Source: a virus. From it: a stretch of DNA of 64,000 nucleotides. The stretch lies in the IMG/VR virus record IMGVR_UViG_3300023179_000089, positions 1 through 64,000 of that record; one strand, written 5' to 3'. Positions 44,964 through 54,658 of this stretch are shown here, in pieces. The notes beneath the pieces were generated by a model, which ran no database searches, had not been told where the DNA came from, and saw only the letters and a list, made by a program, of their open reading frames with translations. The position numbers and the translations under genes are program-made. The first letter of the stretch is position 1. Each line of letters begins with the position of its first letter.

Positions 44964-45497
44964 ATGAAACGTAAATTAGTTACAATAGCAGTGCTAGCAG
45001 CTTGTATGATTGCAAGTTTATCAATGACTTCAGGTACTTCAAAAAAAGATCCGTATGTATACGGTAAAGATAGCATAGGTATCGTTAATTCTTCTCCGTC
45101 AATACAAATGTATTTCTATATTAAAAAATACGCAAAATTGTATGACATTCCAGAAGCATATGCATTTTCATTAGCATATCAAGAAACCAATTATCGCGGG
45201 CCATTACATTTTTCATATAATCCAGAGCAAGTATCAACTGCCGGTGCACTCGGCCCAATGCAAATTATGCCAAACACATTTAAAATGGTTAATAAAAAAT
45301 CTATTTCTAATCGTAGATTGAAATCAGATATTCAGTTAAATGTAATGACTTCAATGAAACTTCTTCGTATGTTACATAATCAATACCAAGATTGGGGACT
45401 AGCTTTTGGCGCGTATAATACTGGTAAGCCTTGCATCAATGAATATTCACAGAACATTCTAAACAAAGAATTTTTTTGGATTTCTGGTAAAATTTAA
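44964..45497 (+). CDS. lytic transglycosylase (SLT domain) with signal peptide
   Basis: AYQET, GALGPMQIMP, AYNTG. Confidence 0.88.
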   Translation: MKRKLVTIAVLAACMIASLSMTSGTSKKDPYVYGKDSIGIVNSSPSIQMYFYIKKYAKLYDIPEAYAFSLAYQETNYRGPLHFSYNPEQVSTAGALGPMQIMPNTFKMVNKKSISNRRLKSDIQLNVMTSMKLLRMLHNQYQDWGLAFGAYNTGKPCINEYSQNILNKEFFWISGKI

Positions 45498-45549
45498 AAT
45501 TAACTTGTTTTTTTGAAATTTAATTCTTATATTTAAAAAATAATCAATC

Positions 45550-45756
45550 ATGAATACAATATCTTTAAACATTAAAAAAAATATTTTGACAATAGCTGAA
45601 AAAGTTTATGTTAATCGTTTCGCTTTGCAATACATTTCGTCATTAATTTTTGCAATAACTTGCCTTTTTTTAAATCAATTGAATTTTTCATTTTTATTTC
45701 TTCTAATGGCATCTTTAATGGATGGAATGAATTCTATATATAGAAAAAACAATTAA
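45550..45756 (+). CDS. small membrane protein
   Basis: hydrophobic; promoter-like sequence upstream. Confidence 0.5.
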   Translation: MNTISLNIKKNILTIAEKVYVNRFALQYISSLIFAITCLFLNQLNFSFLFLLMASLMDGMNSIYRKNN

Positions 45757-45768
45757 GATAATTACTAT

Positions 45769-45843
45769 CGCGGGATGGACTGGAGATGGTACCAGCTCGG
45801 TCTCATAAGCCGAACGACGTAGGTTCGAATCCTACTCCCGCTA
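45769..45843 (+). tRNA. tRNA-Met(CAT), initiator-like
   Basis: C1.U72 mismatch, GCGGGA/TCCCGC, TCGGT-CTCATAA-GCCGA, GTAGG-TTCGAAT-CCTAC. Confidence 0.88.
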
Positions 45844-45871
45844 CTAAATGCGATCGTTTTTCTTAAATCAA

Positions 45872-45900
45872 GCCGGTTCTTAAAGACCGGCCTTTCTTTT
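45872..45900 (+). terminator. intrinsic terminator
   Basis: GCCGGT-N8-ACCGGC then a T-rich tail. Confidence 0.75.
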
Positions 45901-45921
45901 GTAACTTGTTATTATTTTTAA

Positions 45922-46365
45922 ATGAAAAAACATATAAAACTATGGTTGCGATATCGATTCGCACGAACTCGAGTTGTATTTCGAAGATTTAGTCGATACT
46001 TTGAAACTGTATTAGACTCAAAACTTGAAGAGAGCGAAACAAAAGATTTAGCTATTGCAATAGTGCGAAGAGCGATTGCTAATCCAACATCGACTATGCT
46101 AATTGCGCCCATATCCGGGACTCGATACATTCATTTTGATGAAATTTTCATAAAACTAAATGAAAATTTAATTACCATTGTTAACGGTACATATACATAT
46201 CAAATTTCTATTTCAGATAAAGAAACTGAAGTTCTGCTTGACAAATTTAATTTTCGATTAGAATTTATTAGGAAACAATGGGAAAATTCTATAATGACAA
46301 AAACTAAAAAAAGCTTAGGAAATATTCTTGAAGAATTGAATAGCAAATTCATAAAATCAATTTAA
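45922..46365 (+). CDS. hypothetical protein
   Basis: LIAPISGTRYI. Confidence 0.75.
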   Translation: MKKHIKLWLRYRFARTRVVFRRFSRYFETVLDSKLEESETKDLAIAIVRRAIANPTSTMLIAPISGTRYIHFDEIFIKLNENLITIVNGTYTYQISISDKETEVLLDKFNFRLEFIRKQWENSIMTKTKKSLGNILEELNSKFIKSI

Positions 46366-46383
46366 TTTTAGATAATTTTTCTA

Positions 46384-46489
46384 ATTGATATACAAATAGT
46401 TACGTAACCTGTTGGTAGTCAATAGATAAAACTAACCAAATAATTTGGTTAGTATTAACTAATCTCTTATTTTTATGTATAGTAATTAA
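46384..46489 (+). promoter_or_regulatory. early promoter cassette copy 11
   Basis: GTTACGTAAC, AACCAAA-N3-TTTGGTT, CTTATTTTTATGTATAGTAATTAA. Confidence 0.8.
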
Positions 46490-46500
46490 ATAATTAAAAA

Positions 46501-46743
46501 ATGAGATTAGAAACCGAAGCCCCAGTTAGTGATTTAGAAAAATCAATTGAAGCCATTTTAATGTTAAATGGCTATGAGCAATCAGAAATTCAATTTAGAC
46601 AAGAAGAGCGTTATTTACGTATAGGATATTGGAAAGCCTTATCTGAAAAAGCATTGGCTCAACTTGAATCATTTATTGATTATAAAGTAGATTGGGATGA
46701 CGATGATTGTGGATACCTTTGTTTTTATAGATTGAAAAAATAA
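46501..46743 (+). CDS. hypothetical protein
   Basis: follows the promoter. Confidence 0.7.
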   Translation: MRLETEAPVSDLEKSIEAILMLNGYEQSEIQFRQEERYLRIGYWKALSEKALAQLESFIDYKVDWDDDDCGYLCFYRLKK

Positions 46744-46800
46744 TTTAAAAAGATTTGGTACTTAACTAATTAATTCTTAACTTAAAGCTCAATAAATCAA

Positions 46801-47040
46801 ATGACAAAAAAACCAATACCAGCAACGACTAACGCAGTTAAATTTGACAGATTTGCAATTGTACTTGAAAAAGAACAACTTTCGTATTATAATAAAGGAG
46901 AGTTGACTCGAGTTGCAGATGTAGGAGTTGATTTTTCAAATAAAGACCTTTTCGATTTAGCAACGAGAATTTCTGAAAAAAATTCATATGGTCCTGTAGA
47001 ATATACTTCAAAAGATTTAGTAATTAAAACCCGTAAATAA
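46801..47040 (+). CDS. hypothetical protein
   Basis: ORF after a TTTGG promoter. Confidence 0.65.
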   Translation: MTKKPIPATTNAVKFDRFAIVLEKEQLSYYNKGELTRVADVGVDFSNKDLFDLATRISEKNSYGPVEYTSKDLVIKTRK

Positions 47041-47042
47041 TC

Positions 47043-47252
47043 ATGAGACAGAAAAAATCAAAATTTCGAATCGTTCCAGCAACGCATCCTAAATTTGGAT
47101 CATGTTGGTCTTTAAAAGAAGGTGAATTTGTAATCGGTACTTTTGTTAATAAACAAGCTGCCGAGTCTCGTAAATTGCAATTAGAAAAATCTAATTTAGA
47201 AAATTTCCTTTTAGTAAAAACCGCAAACCAAGAACTTAAAATCGAAGAATAA
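47043..47252 (+). CDS. hypothetical protein
   Basis: ORF in operon. Confidence 0.6.
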   Translation: MRQKKSKFRIVPATHPKFGSCWSLKEGEFVIGTFVNKQAAESRKLQLEKSNLENFLLVKTANQELKIEE

Positions 47253-47506
47253 TGCCAACCTTTTATCAAGAAACCGAAATAGATATTTCCATAGAAGAAT
47301 TTGTCGATCAATTATCAGATTGGGAATTAGAAGAATTGAAAGATCGAATTAATGATGCGCTCGATGTAAATGTAACAAAAAACATCGGAGACAGAATTGC
47401 AAATGACGAAACTAACATTGCTTTAGACAAGCTAGCTCGTAATTTAAGTCTCTTGACTGTTGAAGAAGAAGACTATATTAAGAAACTTGCAGAAAGATTC
47501 TTATAA
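47252..47506 (+). CDS. acidic hypothetical protein
   Basis: ORF in operon. Confidence 0.7.
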   Translation: MPTFYQETEIDISIEEFVDQLSDWELEELKDRINDALDVNVTKNIGDRIANDETNIALDKLARNLSLLTVEEEDYIKKLAERFL

Positions 47507-47592
47507 GGAACTAGACTTTATTTTTTACCGATTATATAGCGTATTTCATCGTATACATTCGTTCTTAATCACTCAGTATATTGATAATCAAA

Positions 47593-47949
47593 ATGACAAA
47601 ACTTTTAGATACCGATAAAAAACTCATAGAAAAATATAAGAAAAAAGTACATAAACAGTTTCCCGGGGCGTATTTATTAGCTACTGCAAATGGATATACA
47701 ATTGTACAAGAGCAGGAAAATTTGCAATTAAAAGATATTTTATCTGAATTTTTCATTGCTCCGACTACAACGCCTGTCAAAGCTTGGGAGTATGCACAAA
47801 GTAATGCTAGAATTTTTCAAAATTTAAATCGCACTCATCCGCTTCGAATCGAAGGAATGGAAATGGAAGATAAATTAGCACGTATTGAAGCTAGAAAAAA
47901 TCGTCGCGATGAAAGACCGATTAAATCATCGAAATTTGATATTTATTAA
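47593..47949 (+). CDS. hypothetical protein
   Basis: QNLNRTHP. Confidence 0.7.
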   Translation: MTKLLDTDKKLIEKYKKKVHKQFPGAYLLATANGYTIVQEQENLQLKDILSEFFIAPTTTPVKAWEYAQSNARIFQNLNRTHPLRIEGMEMEDKLARIEARKNRRDERPIKSSKFDIY

Positions 47950-47964
47950 TAAATTAGTTTAGTT

Positions 47965-48693
47965 ATGTGGAATTCAATAAAAACACTTTTTGATAAAAAC
48001 AGCGAGCGAGTCGCAATGCAAGATCCGGAAATTATAGAAGAAGTTTCTGAAGAAATTGTTAATGAATCAGCTTCTATAGAAGTCGACAACTTACCAGAAA
48101 CTGAGTTAAATGAACCTGTGTTCGATGCTGATTATTTATTAACGAATCCTTTAGTTGTTGGATGGCTATCTACTGTCGAGCAAGAATTATTATTTTCGGC
48201 ATTATGTTATTTTTCGCAACAAAATAATTCATTTCTTGATGTAGGCTGTGGTCGTGCAGATTTATATGGTTATTTACAGACAGTATTTCAAACCGATCAA
48301 ATTCAATATAAAGGCATTGACCTTAATCCTAATTTAGTAGAAATTGCAAAACGTAAATTTGTTAACGCAAATGTCGAATCTGCAGATATTCTAAAGTTTA
48401 AAACGGAAAATTATGATTGGGTAGTAGGGTCAGGTCTTTTCAATTTAAACGATCATCCTGATATGGTTGAATATGCAAAAAAAGTAATAGATCAAATGTT
48501 TTCTGTATGTAATATCGGAGTCGCTGTTAATTTTTTAACAGGAGTGCCTGAAGATTTAGCAGATGAAGATTTAAAGGCTTTAATCGTTCATGATCCCGGC
48601 ATATGGCTAAACTATTTAGTAGAAAAATACAATAAAGTTATTACACGTGCTGACTATTTAACTGGAGACATTACATTTTACATTTTAAAATAA
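47965..48693 (+). CDS. class I SAM-dependent methyltransferase
   Basis: FLDVGCGRAD, YKGID, YDWVVGSGLFN. Confidence 0.85.
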   Translation: MWNSIKTLFDKNSERVAMQDPEIIEEVSEEIVNESASIEVDNLPETELNEPVFDADYLLTNPLVVGWLSTVEQELLFSALCYFSQQNNSFLDVGCGRADLYGYLQTVFQTDQIQYKGIDLNPNLVEIAKRKFVNANVESADILKFKTENYDWVVGSGLFNLNDHPDMVEYAKKVIDQMFSVCNIGVAVNFLTGVPEDLADEDLKALIVHDPGIWLNYLVEKYNKVITRADYLTGDITFYILK

Positions 48694-48694
48694 C

Positions 48695-48934
48695 ATGACC
48701 GCAAGCTTAATACTATCTATTTCTGGATTTGTAATATTCATTTCTATTGCATTTTACAATTATCATTTACGACAACTTATTCAAGTTCATGAATTAACAA
48801 TTGAATCAAAATACCATATTATATCAGCATTACAAGATTATGTTTCCAAATTGGAAGAAAAAAATGCTGACTTGGTAGACGAAAATAATTCTTTAAAAAC
48901 TAAAAAGTCTGCAACTCGAAAAAAATCAAATTAA
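48695..48934 (+). CDS. membrane-anchored hypothetical protein
   Basis: N-terminal TM plus coiled coil. Confidence 0.65.
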   Translation: MTASLILSISGFVIFISIAFYNYHLRQLIQVHELTIESKYHIISALQDYVSKLEEKNADLVDENNSLKTKKSATRKKSN

Positions 48935-49345
48935 ATGTCTAAGCCGCTTTCATTAGAAGAATTTTTTCGAAATTTTGAAACTCACGTTTCACAAATCGCA
49001 TCGAATTCTGGAAGTATGCATACAGACATAATTTGGGATTTACCTGCAAATTCTATAGCCTCTTCTTCTAAATTAGAAAGCGCAAAGTTACTTCTCGAAG
49101 CATGTATTGACAGACAGAAACAATATTCAGATTTAACTAAACAAGAATCAGTAATTAAAAAATTAAATACATTAAGAAATCTTATATCTGCAAATTACAA
49201 CGCCGAGTCGACAAACATAGTTACAGAACAAGTCGAGGTTGATTTATATTTACTTGACAATTGTATACGAGCCGTTAAAAATAAAATAACGCTTTCTCAT
49301 TATGGATTAATCATTTTAAATAAACTTCATGAAAAATATACATAA
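48935..49345 (+). CDS. hypothetical protein
   Basis: ORF in operon. Confidence 0.65.
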   Translation: MSKPLSLEEFFRNFETHVSQIASNSGSMHTDIIWDLPANSIASSSKLESAKLLLEACIDRQKQYSDLTKQESVIKKLNTLRNLISANYNAESTNIVTEQVEVDLYLLDNCIRAVKNKITLSHYGLIILNKLHEKYT

Positions 49346-49547
49346 TTCTTCAAAAACTATTCAATTCTCAAAGTCTCAATGGATTGAGTTAGAAAAGTTA
49401 GCTGCGATTGAAGATATTGATCAGCGTCGTATAGCATTTCGTAATTATTTTCATAATCAAGAAATGTTTGATTATATAAAAGACAAAGTCGACCCTTCTT
49501 GGCTTGCTCATGATATGTCCGTAAATTCTGAGTCATATGGATTATAA
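49329..49547 (+). CDS. hypothetical protein
   Basis: ORF in operon. Confidence 0.65.
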   Translation: MKNIHNSSKTIQFSKSQWIELEKLAAIEDIDQRRIAFRNYFHNQEMFDYIKDKVDPSWLAHDMSVNSESYGL

Positions 49548-49974
49548 TGATATTGAATTTGACGAGTCGGATTATGAATTTTTCGTTTCGTTACCGACAG
49601 ACGAAAAAATATTATTTTTGTTTGACTTGTTATGCACTAATCTTTTTGAAGATTATTCAAATGACAAAATTTCAGAAATAATTCCAGCTTCATATGAAGA
49701 TTTGACAGGCCCTTTGAAATCGACAGTAGTCGAAGCTATTGACTTTGCTTTTTCAAAAGAAGCTGACGTAAATATTGTTTTTGTAAATGATTTTATTGTA
49801 ATTAATAGCGATAACGAAAAAATTTTAAAAACATCTGTACGAGAAATATTCATGCGCGGATATGTACTTTCAGAAATGAAAGTGTCGTCCCGCGAAATGA
49901 AATTATTTCAACGAAGTACTTTTTGTAAAATCTATTCTATAATCGGTCACAACGACCCTATACTTAAAAATTAA
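49537..49974 (+). CDS. hypothetical protein
   Basis: ORF in operon. Confidence 0.7.
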   Translation: MDYNDIEFDESDYEFFVSLPTDEKILFLFDLLCTNLFEDYSNDKISEIIPASYEDLTGPLKSTVVEAIDFAFSKEADVNIVFVNDFIVINSDNEKILKTSVREIFMRGYVLSEMKVSSREMKLFQRSTFCKIYSIIGHNDPILKN

Positions 49975-49975
49975 C

Positions 49976-50179
49976 ATGTTTTCAATTAATAGAACGTTTG
50001 TTAACTTTCAAAATAATTTATATGAAGTAGTAAGAGTATTCAGCGAGTCGCAAGTAAAAAATATAGAATTAATAAAGGAATATTTGGATACATCATTGGC
50101 ATTGCGTAAAAATGGCAAAATATACTTTTGTCGATTAATTGAAGAAGCTGCCATTCTTGAAGAAAAATTTGGTAATTAG
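49976..50179 (+). CDS. hypothetical protein
   Basis: YFCRLIEEA. Confidence 0.7.
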   Translation: MFSINRTFVNFQNNLYEVVRVFSESQVKNIELIKEYLDTSLALRKNGKIYFCRLIEEAAILEEKFGN

Positions 50180-50229
50180 AAAATTTTAACTTATATTTAA
50201 TAAATAAAAATTAATAAATAAAAATTGTT

Positions 50230-51165
50230 ATGAGTAACATTGGTTATGCATGTATCAACATGACTTTAGGTAAGAAACATATTCTAACCGGCCGCGCGAT
50301 GCGTAAAGCAACGCTTGAAGCTAAAGGATTGCAACATGCTTCTGAATTGGCATTGTTAAATGCACGAGACTTAGAAACAATTCTCAAATGGAATTTAGAA
50401 AATGACATTTATTTTTTCCGATTAGGAAGTGACTTATTTCCATGGGGTAATAAAGTTGATGTACGAAAATTTCCTGACTTTGACGAAATTTGCGCAACTC
50501 TTAAACGTTGCGGTGATTTTGCTAGTAAACATGGAATTCGCATTACAACCCACCCTGGTCCTTTTAACTTACTTGCTTCGTCAAATGAAGAGGTAGTGCA
50601 AAATACTATTAAGGATTTGGAAATGCATGCACTGTTATTTGATTTAATGGGATTATCGCGAACCCCATACAATAAAATTAACATTCATATCGGAGCTACA
50701 TATGGTAATAAATTCAGCGCGGCTGAAACTTGGTGCGAAAACTTTCTCAGGCTATCGGAGGGTGTTAGATCCCGTTTAACTGTTGAAAATGACGATAAAG
50801 CTACTATGTTTTCAGTGTTGGATTTATATGAATTAGTGTATCGAAAAGTCGGTGTACCAATAGTATTTGACTTTCATCATCACACATTTAACACAGGTGA
50901 TTTAACAGCCGAGCAAGCGCTTCGATTAGCAGCTACGACTTGGAATGACATAAAACCTGTAGTGCATTATTCTGAGTCGAAGTCGATTCATGAAAATGAC
51001 AGTTCAATTAATCCGCGCGCACATTCAGATTTTGTGTCTGAATATATAGATACGTTCGGTGTAGATGTTGATGTTATGATCGAAGCTAAAAGTAAAGAAC
51101 TGGCTTTGTTAGAATATCGTAAAAAATATTCAAAAATTTTAAAAGAAAATTTACAAATTCAATAA
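50230..51165 (+). CDS. uvsE: UV DNA damage endonuclease
   Basis: IGYACIN, FRLGSDLFP, HPGPF, ENDDK, FDFHHH, HYSES, RAHSD, MIEAKSKE. Confidence 0.93.
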   Translation: MSNIGYACINMTLGKKHILTGRAMRKATLEAKGLQHASELALLNARDLETILKWNLENDIYFFRLGSDLFPWGNKVDVRKFPDFDEICATLKRCGDFASKHGIRITTHPGPFNLLASSNEEVVQNTIKDLEMHALLFDLMGLSRTPYNKINIHIGATYGNKFSAAETWCENFLRLSEGVRSRLTVENDDKATMFSVLDLYELVYRKVGVPIVFDFHHHTFNTGDLTAEQALRLAATTWNDIKPVVHYSESKSIHENDSSINPRAHSDFVSEYIDTFGVDVDVMIEAKSKELALLEYRKKYSKILKENLQIQ

Positions 51166-51224
51166 TTATTGTTAAAATATTAATATTTATTTATTATATT
51201 TTATTAATATTAATTTAATAAATT

Positions 51225-51404
51225 ATGCGTTATAAAGAACATACAATTAGAAAAATTGAAGCACAGACTTTTAAATTACAGTCTCTTCAACGTGCTATCG
51301 AAATGAAATCAATGTCAGGAAACGAAGCAATCAATTTCATTGAATCCATTGTTAAAGATTTAAAAGTAATAGTCGATCGACTCGAGCTTGAACCTAATGA
51401 ATAA
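51225..51404 (+). CDS. hypothetical 59-aa protein (not in ORF track)
   Basis: MRYKEHTIRKIE...; late motif at 51183. Confidence 0.6.
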   Translation: MRYKEHTIRKIEAQTFKLQSLQRAIEMKSMSGNEAINFIESIVKDLKVIVDRLELEPNE

Positions 51405-52410
51405 ACTTCTATTAAAAATTCTTGTCGGCGTTATCGCTCTATCATTAGCAATTTGCGCGGCATTTTTTTCAATAGTAGGTCTATCAAAACTTTTCGCCGG
51501 AGCCTCAGTTGCTGTCATAATTATGGCTTCAACACTCGAAGCTTCGAAATTAGTAATAGCATCGTTTTTACATAAACATTGGAATACAGCAGCTGCTGCG
51601 CTTAAATTTTATTTAATAACATCAATGCTTATTATTATGAGCATTACATCGATCGGTATTTATGGATTTTTGTCAGCAGCGTATCAGCAAACTAAGTCAA
51701 AATACGATTTAACAAAAACGTCAGTTGATAGTTTAACAGCTAAACAATTATATTATGAGTCGACAATTAAAATGAATATGACTCAGCTAGATGCGAAAAA
51801 TAAGCAATTAGCAAATTATTTAAACTTGCAAAATTTGCAAGAGCAACGTGCAAGTCAATTAGTATCACAAAACAAGGCGTCTAGAACAGCAGATAGAAGT
51901 TCTGCTAAATCTGAACTTTCAATTAATCGATTAAATGAAGAAATTGAAGTTTTAAACCAAAAATTAGTTGCATATACCGATTCAGTGTCAAAAATAAAAG
52001 TGGCAATAACGCAATCGTCTATTCAAAATGATATAGGTTCAGAGTTAGGATCGTTAACGTATATTTCTAAATTATTAAACGTGCCCATGGATAAAATAGT
52101 TAATATACTTATTATCTTGTTTATTATAGTTTTCGATCCATTAGCAATTTGCATGGTTTTAGTTTTTAATTTTCTTTCACTCAGCGAATTTCCGAGTATT
52201 AAAATCGAGACTGAAATTCATGATGCTGCATCAACTATTCAGGATCAAATATTGACGATTGACAATACTGAGCCAATTATTGATCGGCCACCGGTTGAAG
52301 AAAAAATTGAAGATAAAATTGAAGATATCACGGCAATAGAAAAAAGGTACCCGGAGCCTCCTAAAAAAAATAAAGCAGCTGCGCAATATACAGGCGGAAT
52401 TAAAGTTTAA
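51397..52410 (+). CDS. multi-TM coiled-coil membrane protein
   Basis: three N-terminal TMs (LEASKLV, SIGIYGFLS), coiled coil, IVFDPLAI TM. Confidence 0.8.
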   Translation: MNKLLLKILVGVIALSLAICAAFFSIVGLSKLFAGASVAVIIMASTLEASKLVIASFLHKHWNTAAAALKFYLITSMLIIMSITSIGIYGFLSAAYQQTKSKYDLTKTSVDSLTAKQLYYESTIKMNMTQLDAKNKQLANYLNLQNLQEQRASQLVSQNKASRTADRSSAKSELSINRLNEEIEVLNQKLVAYTDSVSKIKVAITQSSIQNDIGSELGSLTYISKLLNVPMDKIVNILIILFIIVFDPLAICMVLVFNFLSLSEFPSIKIETEIHDAASTIQDQILTIDNTEPIIDRPPVEEKIEDKIEDITAIEKRYPEPPKKNKAAAQYTGGIKV

Positions 52411-52428
52411 TTTTAAAAGTTATAAATT

Positions 52429-52968
52429 ATGAGTGTAAATTCAAATTCTCAAACAGGAAGAAACTATCCTAAAACAGAATATAAAGTAAAATTTGATGAA
52501 CGAAATCGAAGAATGATGATTTGCAGTAATTCCATTCCAGATGGAAAGTATTGGAAAGGAAAAGAATGCAAAAATTATTCTTTAGTAGGCGATAAAGCAA
52601 TTGCCGTGTTATGCTGGAAATGCGCACAAAGTTATTGCGAACCTCCGGTAATACGATCTGCGCAAAATAATTCAGGAAAACCTAAAGGATGGAAATTCAT
52701 GAAAGAGTATGTAGATTCTGAAGGAAATGTATTTTTTAAAGGCGTCGAGCAGCCTTCATTGAAAGGAACGATAAAACCTTCAGTAATCGAACCAAAGCAA
52801 GAAAAACAAAAGTTAACAAAGCAAGAAAAAGAAACGCTAACTCATGAACTAGCTAAACGTATTCAGACATTGAAGGTTGAGTTATTTCATGAAAAACGTA
52901 AAGGCAAAAAAGCTGAAATGTTACGTGAATTGAAAAAAGCTAATAAAGAATTGTCAAAACTAATTTAG
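52429..52968 (+). CDS. hypothetical protein with Cys cluster and basic tail
   Basis: LCWKC, GKPKGWKFMKEYVD. Confidence 0.75.
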   Translation: MSVNSNSQTGRNYPKTEYKVKFDERNRRMMICSNSIPDGKYWKGKECKNYSLVGDKAIAVLCWKCAQSYCEPPVIRSAQNNSGKPKGWKFMKEYVDSEGNVFFKGVEQPSLKGTIKPSVIEPKQEKQKLTKQEKETLTHELAKRIQTLKVELFHEKRKGKKAEMLRELKKANKELSKLI

Positions 52969-53006
52969 ATACAAAAGAAATTCATATATTTCTTAAAATA
53001 ATTAAT

Positions 53007-53624
53007 ATGCGAAAAAATATATATGGCGACGAGCCTATTAAAAAGAAACAAGTAGCATCGACAGAATCGTCCGACGTCGATTATACATTTAATGAAGTTG
53101 AATATGGATTAAACATTGACGATTCAATTGTATATTTACATGGAGATATTGTAATTGGATGTTTATTTGATTTCATTTCAAAAGTAAGAATTATATTAAA
53201 TAACAGACCCGAAGATAAAAAATCAGATCCTGTTACATTAATGATAAATTCCAATGGCGGCGATGTATATGAAGCTTTAGGAATTATTGATTACATATCA
53301 ACATTATCTGTTCCAGTTAATGTTATTGTACGAGGTCGTGCAATGTCAGCAGCTGCAATGATTCTTTGTTGTGGTACAGGAGTTCGAGCAGCATCAAAAT
53401 CATCCACTATTATGTTGCATGAAGTGTCAGCTGAAATTTTCGGAAAATCGGCTGATATAAAAGCAAATGCAGAGCATATCGATTATATCGAAGATGAGTT
53501 TTTTAAATTAATGTCAGTTAAGACTAACCAAAATGACGAATTTTGGAGAAAATCTTGCAGAAAAGATTTTTATATGAACGCTGAAAAAGCATTGGAATTT
53601 GGAATTATTGATAAAATTATATAA
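53007..53624 (+). CDS. clpP: ClpP-family protease subunit
   Basis: INSNGGDV, AMSAA (catalytic Ser), MLHE (His), EKALEFGIIDKI. Confidence 0.85.
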   Translation: MRKNIYGDEPIKKKQVASTESSDVDYTFNEVEYGLNIDDSIVYLHGDIVIGCLFDFISKVRIILNNRPEDKKSDPVTLMINSNGGDVYEALGIIDYISTLSVPVNVIVRGRAMSAAAMILCCGTGVRAASKSSTIMLHEVSAEIFGKSADIKANAEHIDYIEDEFFKLMSVKTNQNDEFWRKSCRKDFYMNAEKALEFGIIDKII

Positions 53625-53627
53625 ATC

Positions 53628-54359
53628 ATGGGAAAACAAGACACGCATGCACAATGGGAGACGTTAATGTCGTATATCGACAAGTATATTTCTTCTCCGA
53701 GAAAAGAAGCGATGATAAAAATGTATGAAGAATTAGCTGATCGCATTTTAACAGCTCCGGCTTCATCACACTCAACAAGACATAATTGCTTTCCAGGAGG
53801 ATATATTGATCACGTTAACCGTGTAGTTAAAGTTTCTATTTCGCTATATGAAACTTGGAGTAAATTAGGAGCCGACGTAAATAAATTCACTCTTGAAGAA
53901 GTGGTATTCGCAGCAATCAATCATGATTTAGGTAAAATTGGATCGAAGACAGAAGACTATTATGTGCCAAACGATTCAAAATGGCACGTAGAGCGTGGTC
54001 AAATTTATAAAATTAATCCTGCTTTAAATTTTATGAAAGTACCTGATCGAAGCGTGTTTACATTGCAACAATTTGGAGTATCCTATTCTGAAAATGAATA
54101 TCTAGCTATTAAGTTGCATGACGGCTTGTATAGTAAAGGAAATGAGTCGTACTTAATGGCAGGTCAGCCTGAATTTTCTTTGAAAACGGATTTACCTATT
54201 TTACTTCATCATTCTGATCATTTAGCTACGTTAATTGAGTCTAATCAAAAGCACGTGACAGAACCGGCAATTACAAAACCAAAAACAAAAATGAATTCAG
54301 TAAATGATCCAGTAGCTGATGAAAGTCTTAAATCTGCATTTGATAAAATTTTCGGATAA
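53628..54359 (+). CDS. HD-domain phosphohydrolase
   Basis: APAS...H...GGYIDH, NHDLGK, LHDG, HSD. Confidence 0.85.
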   Translation: MGKQDTHAQWETLMSYIDKYISSPRKEAMIKMYEELADRILTAPASSHSTRHNCFPGGYIDHVNRVVKVSISLYETWSKLGADVNKFTLEEVVFAAINHDLGKIGSKTEDYYVPNDSKWHVERGQIYKINPALNFMKVPDRSVFTLQQFGVSYSENEYLAIKLHDGLYSKGNESYLMAGQPEFSLKTDLPILLHHSDHLATLIESNQKHVTEPAITKPKTKMNSVNDPVADESLKSAFDKIFG

Positions 54360-54658
54360 TGTTTACATTTATTATACTAATAATTGCAATTGGAATAATT
54401 GCTGCACTTTCAATTGGCTGTTATAATTTAACAGTTCAATCAGAACTTCTTGAAGACGAACTTTTATTTTATTATAATAAGTTAGAAGAAATTCGAAAAG
54501 TCGTTTTAGAAACTGAAATACAGCTTAAAGAAATTGATCTTCGCGGTTCATTTGAAGCCGATGATGAAGTAGGATTTACATTTAAAAATATTAAATCTTT
54601 ATCTGAAGATTTAACAAAAACTATCGAATCAATATATGAGTACAGAGACACTGAATAA
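54359..54658 (+). CDS. membrane-anchored hypothetical protein
   Basis: N-terminal TM; GSFEADDEVG. Confidence 0.7.
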   Translation: MFTFIILIIAIGIIAALSIGCYNLTVQSELLEDELLFYYNKLEEIRKVVLETEIQLKEIDLRGSFEADDEVGFTFKNIKSLSEDLTKTIESIYEYRDTE

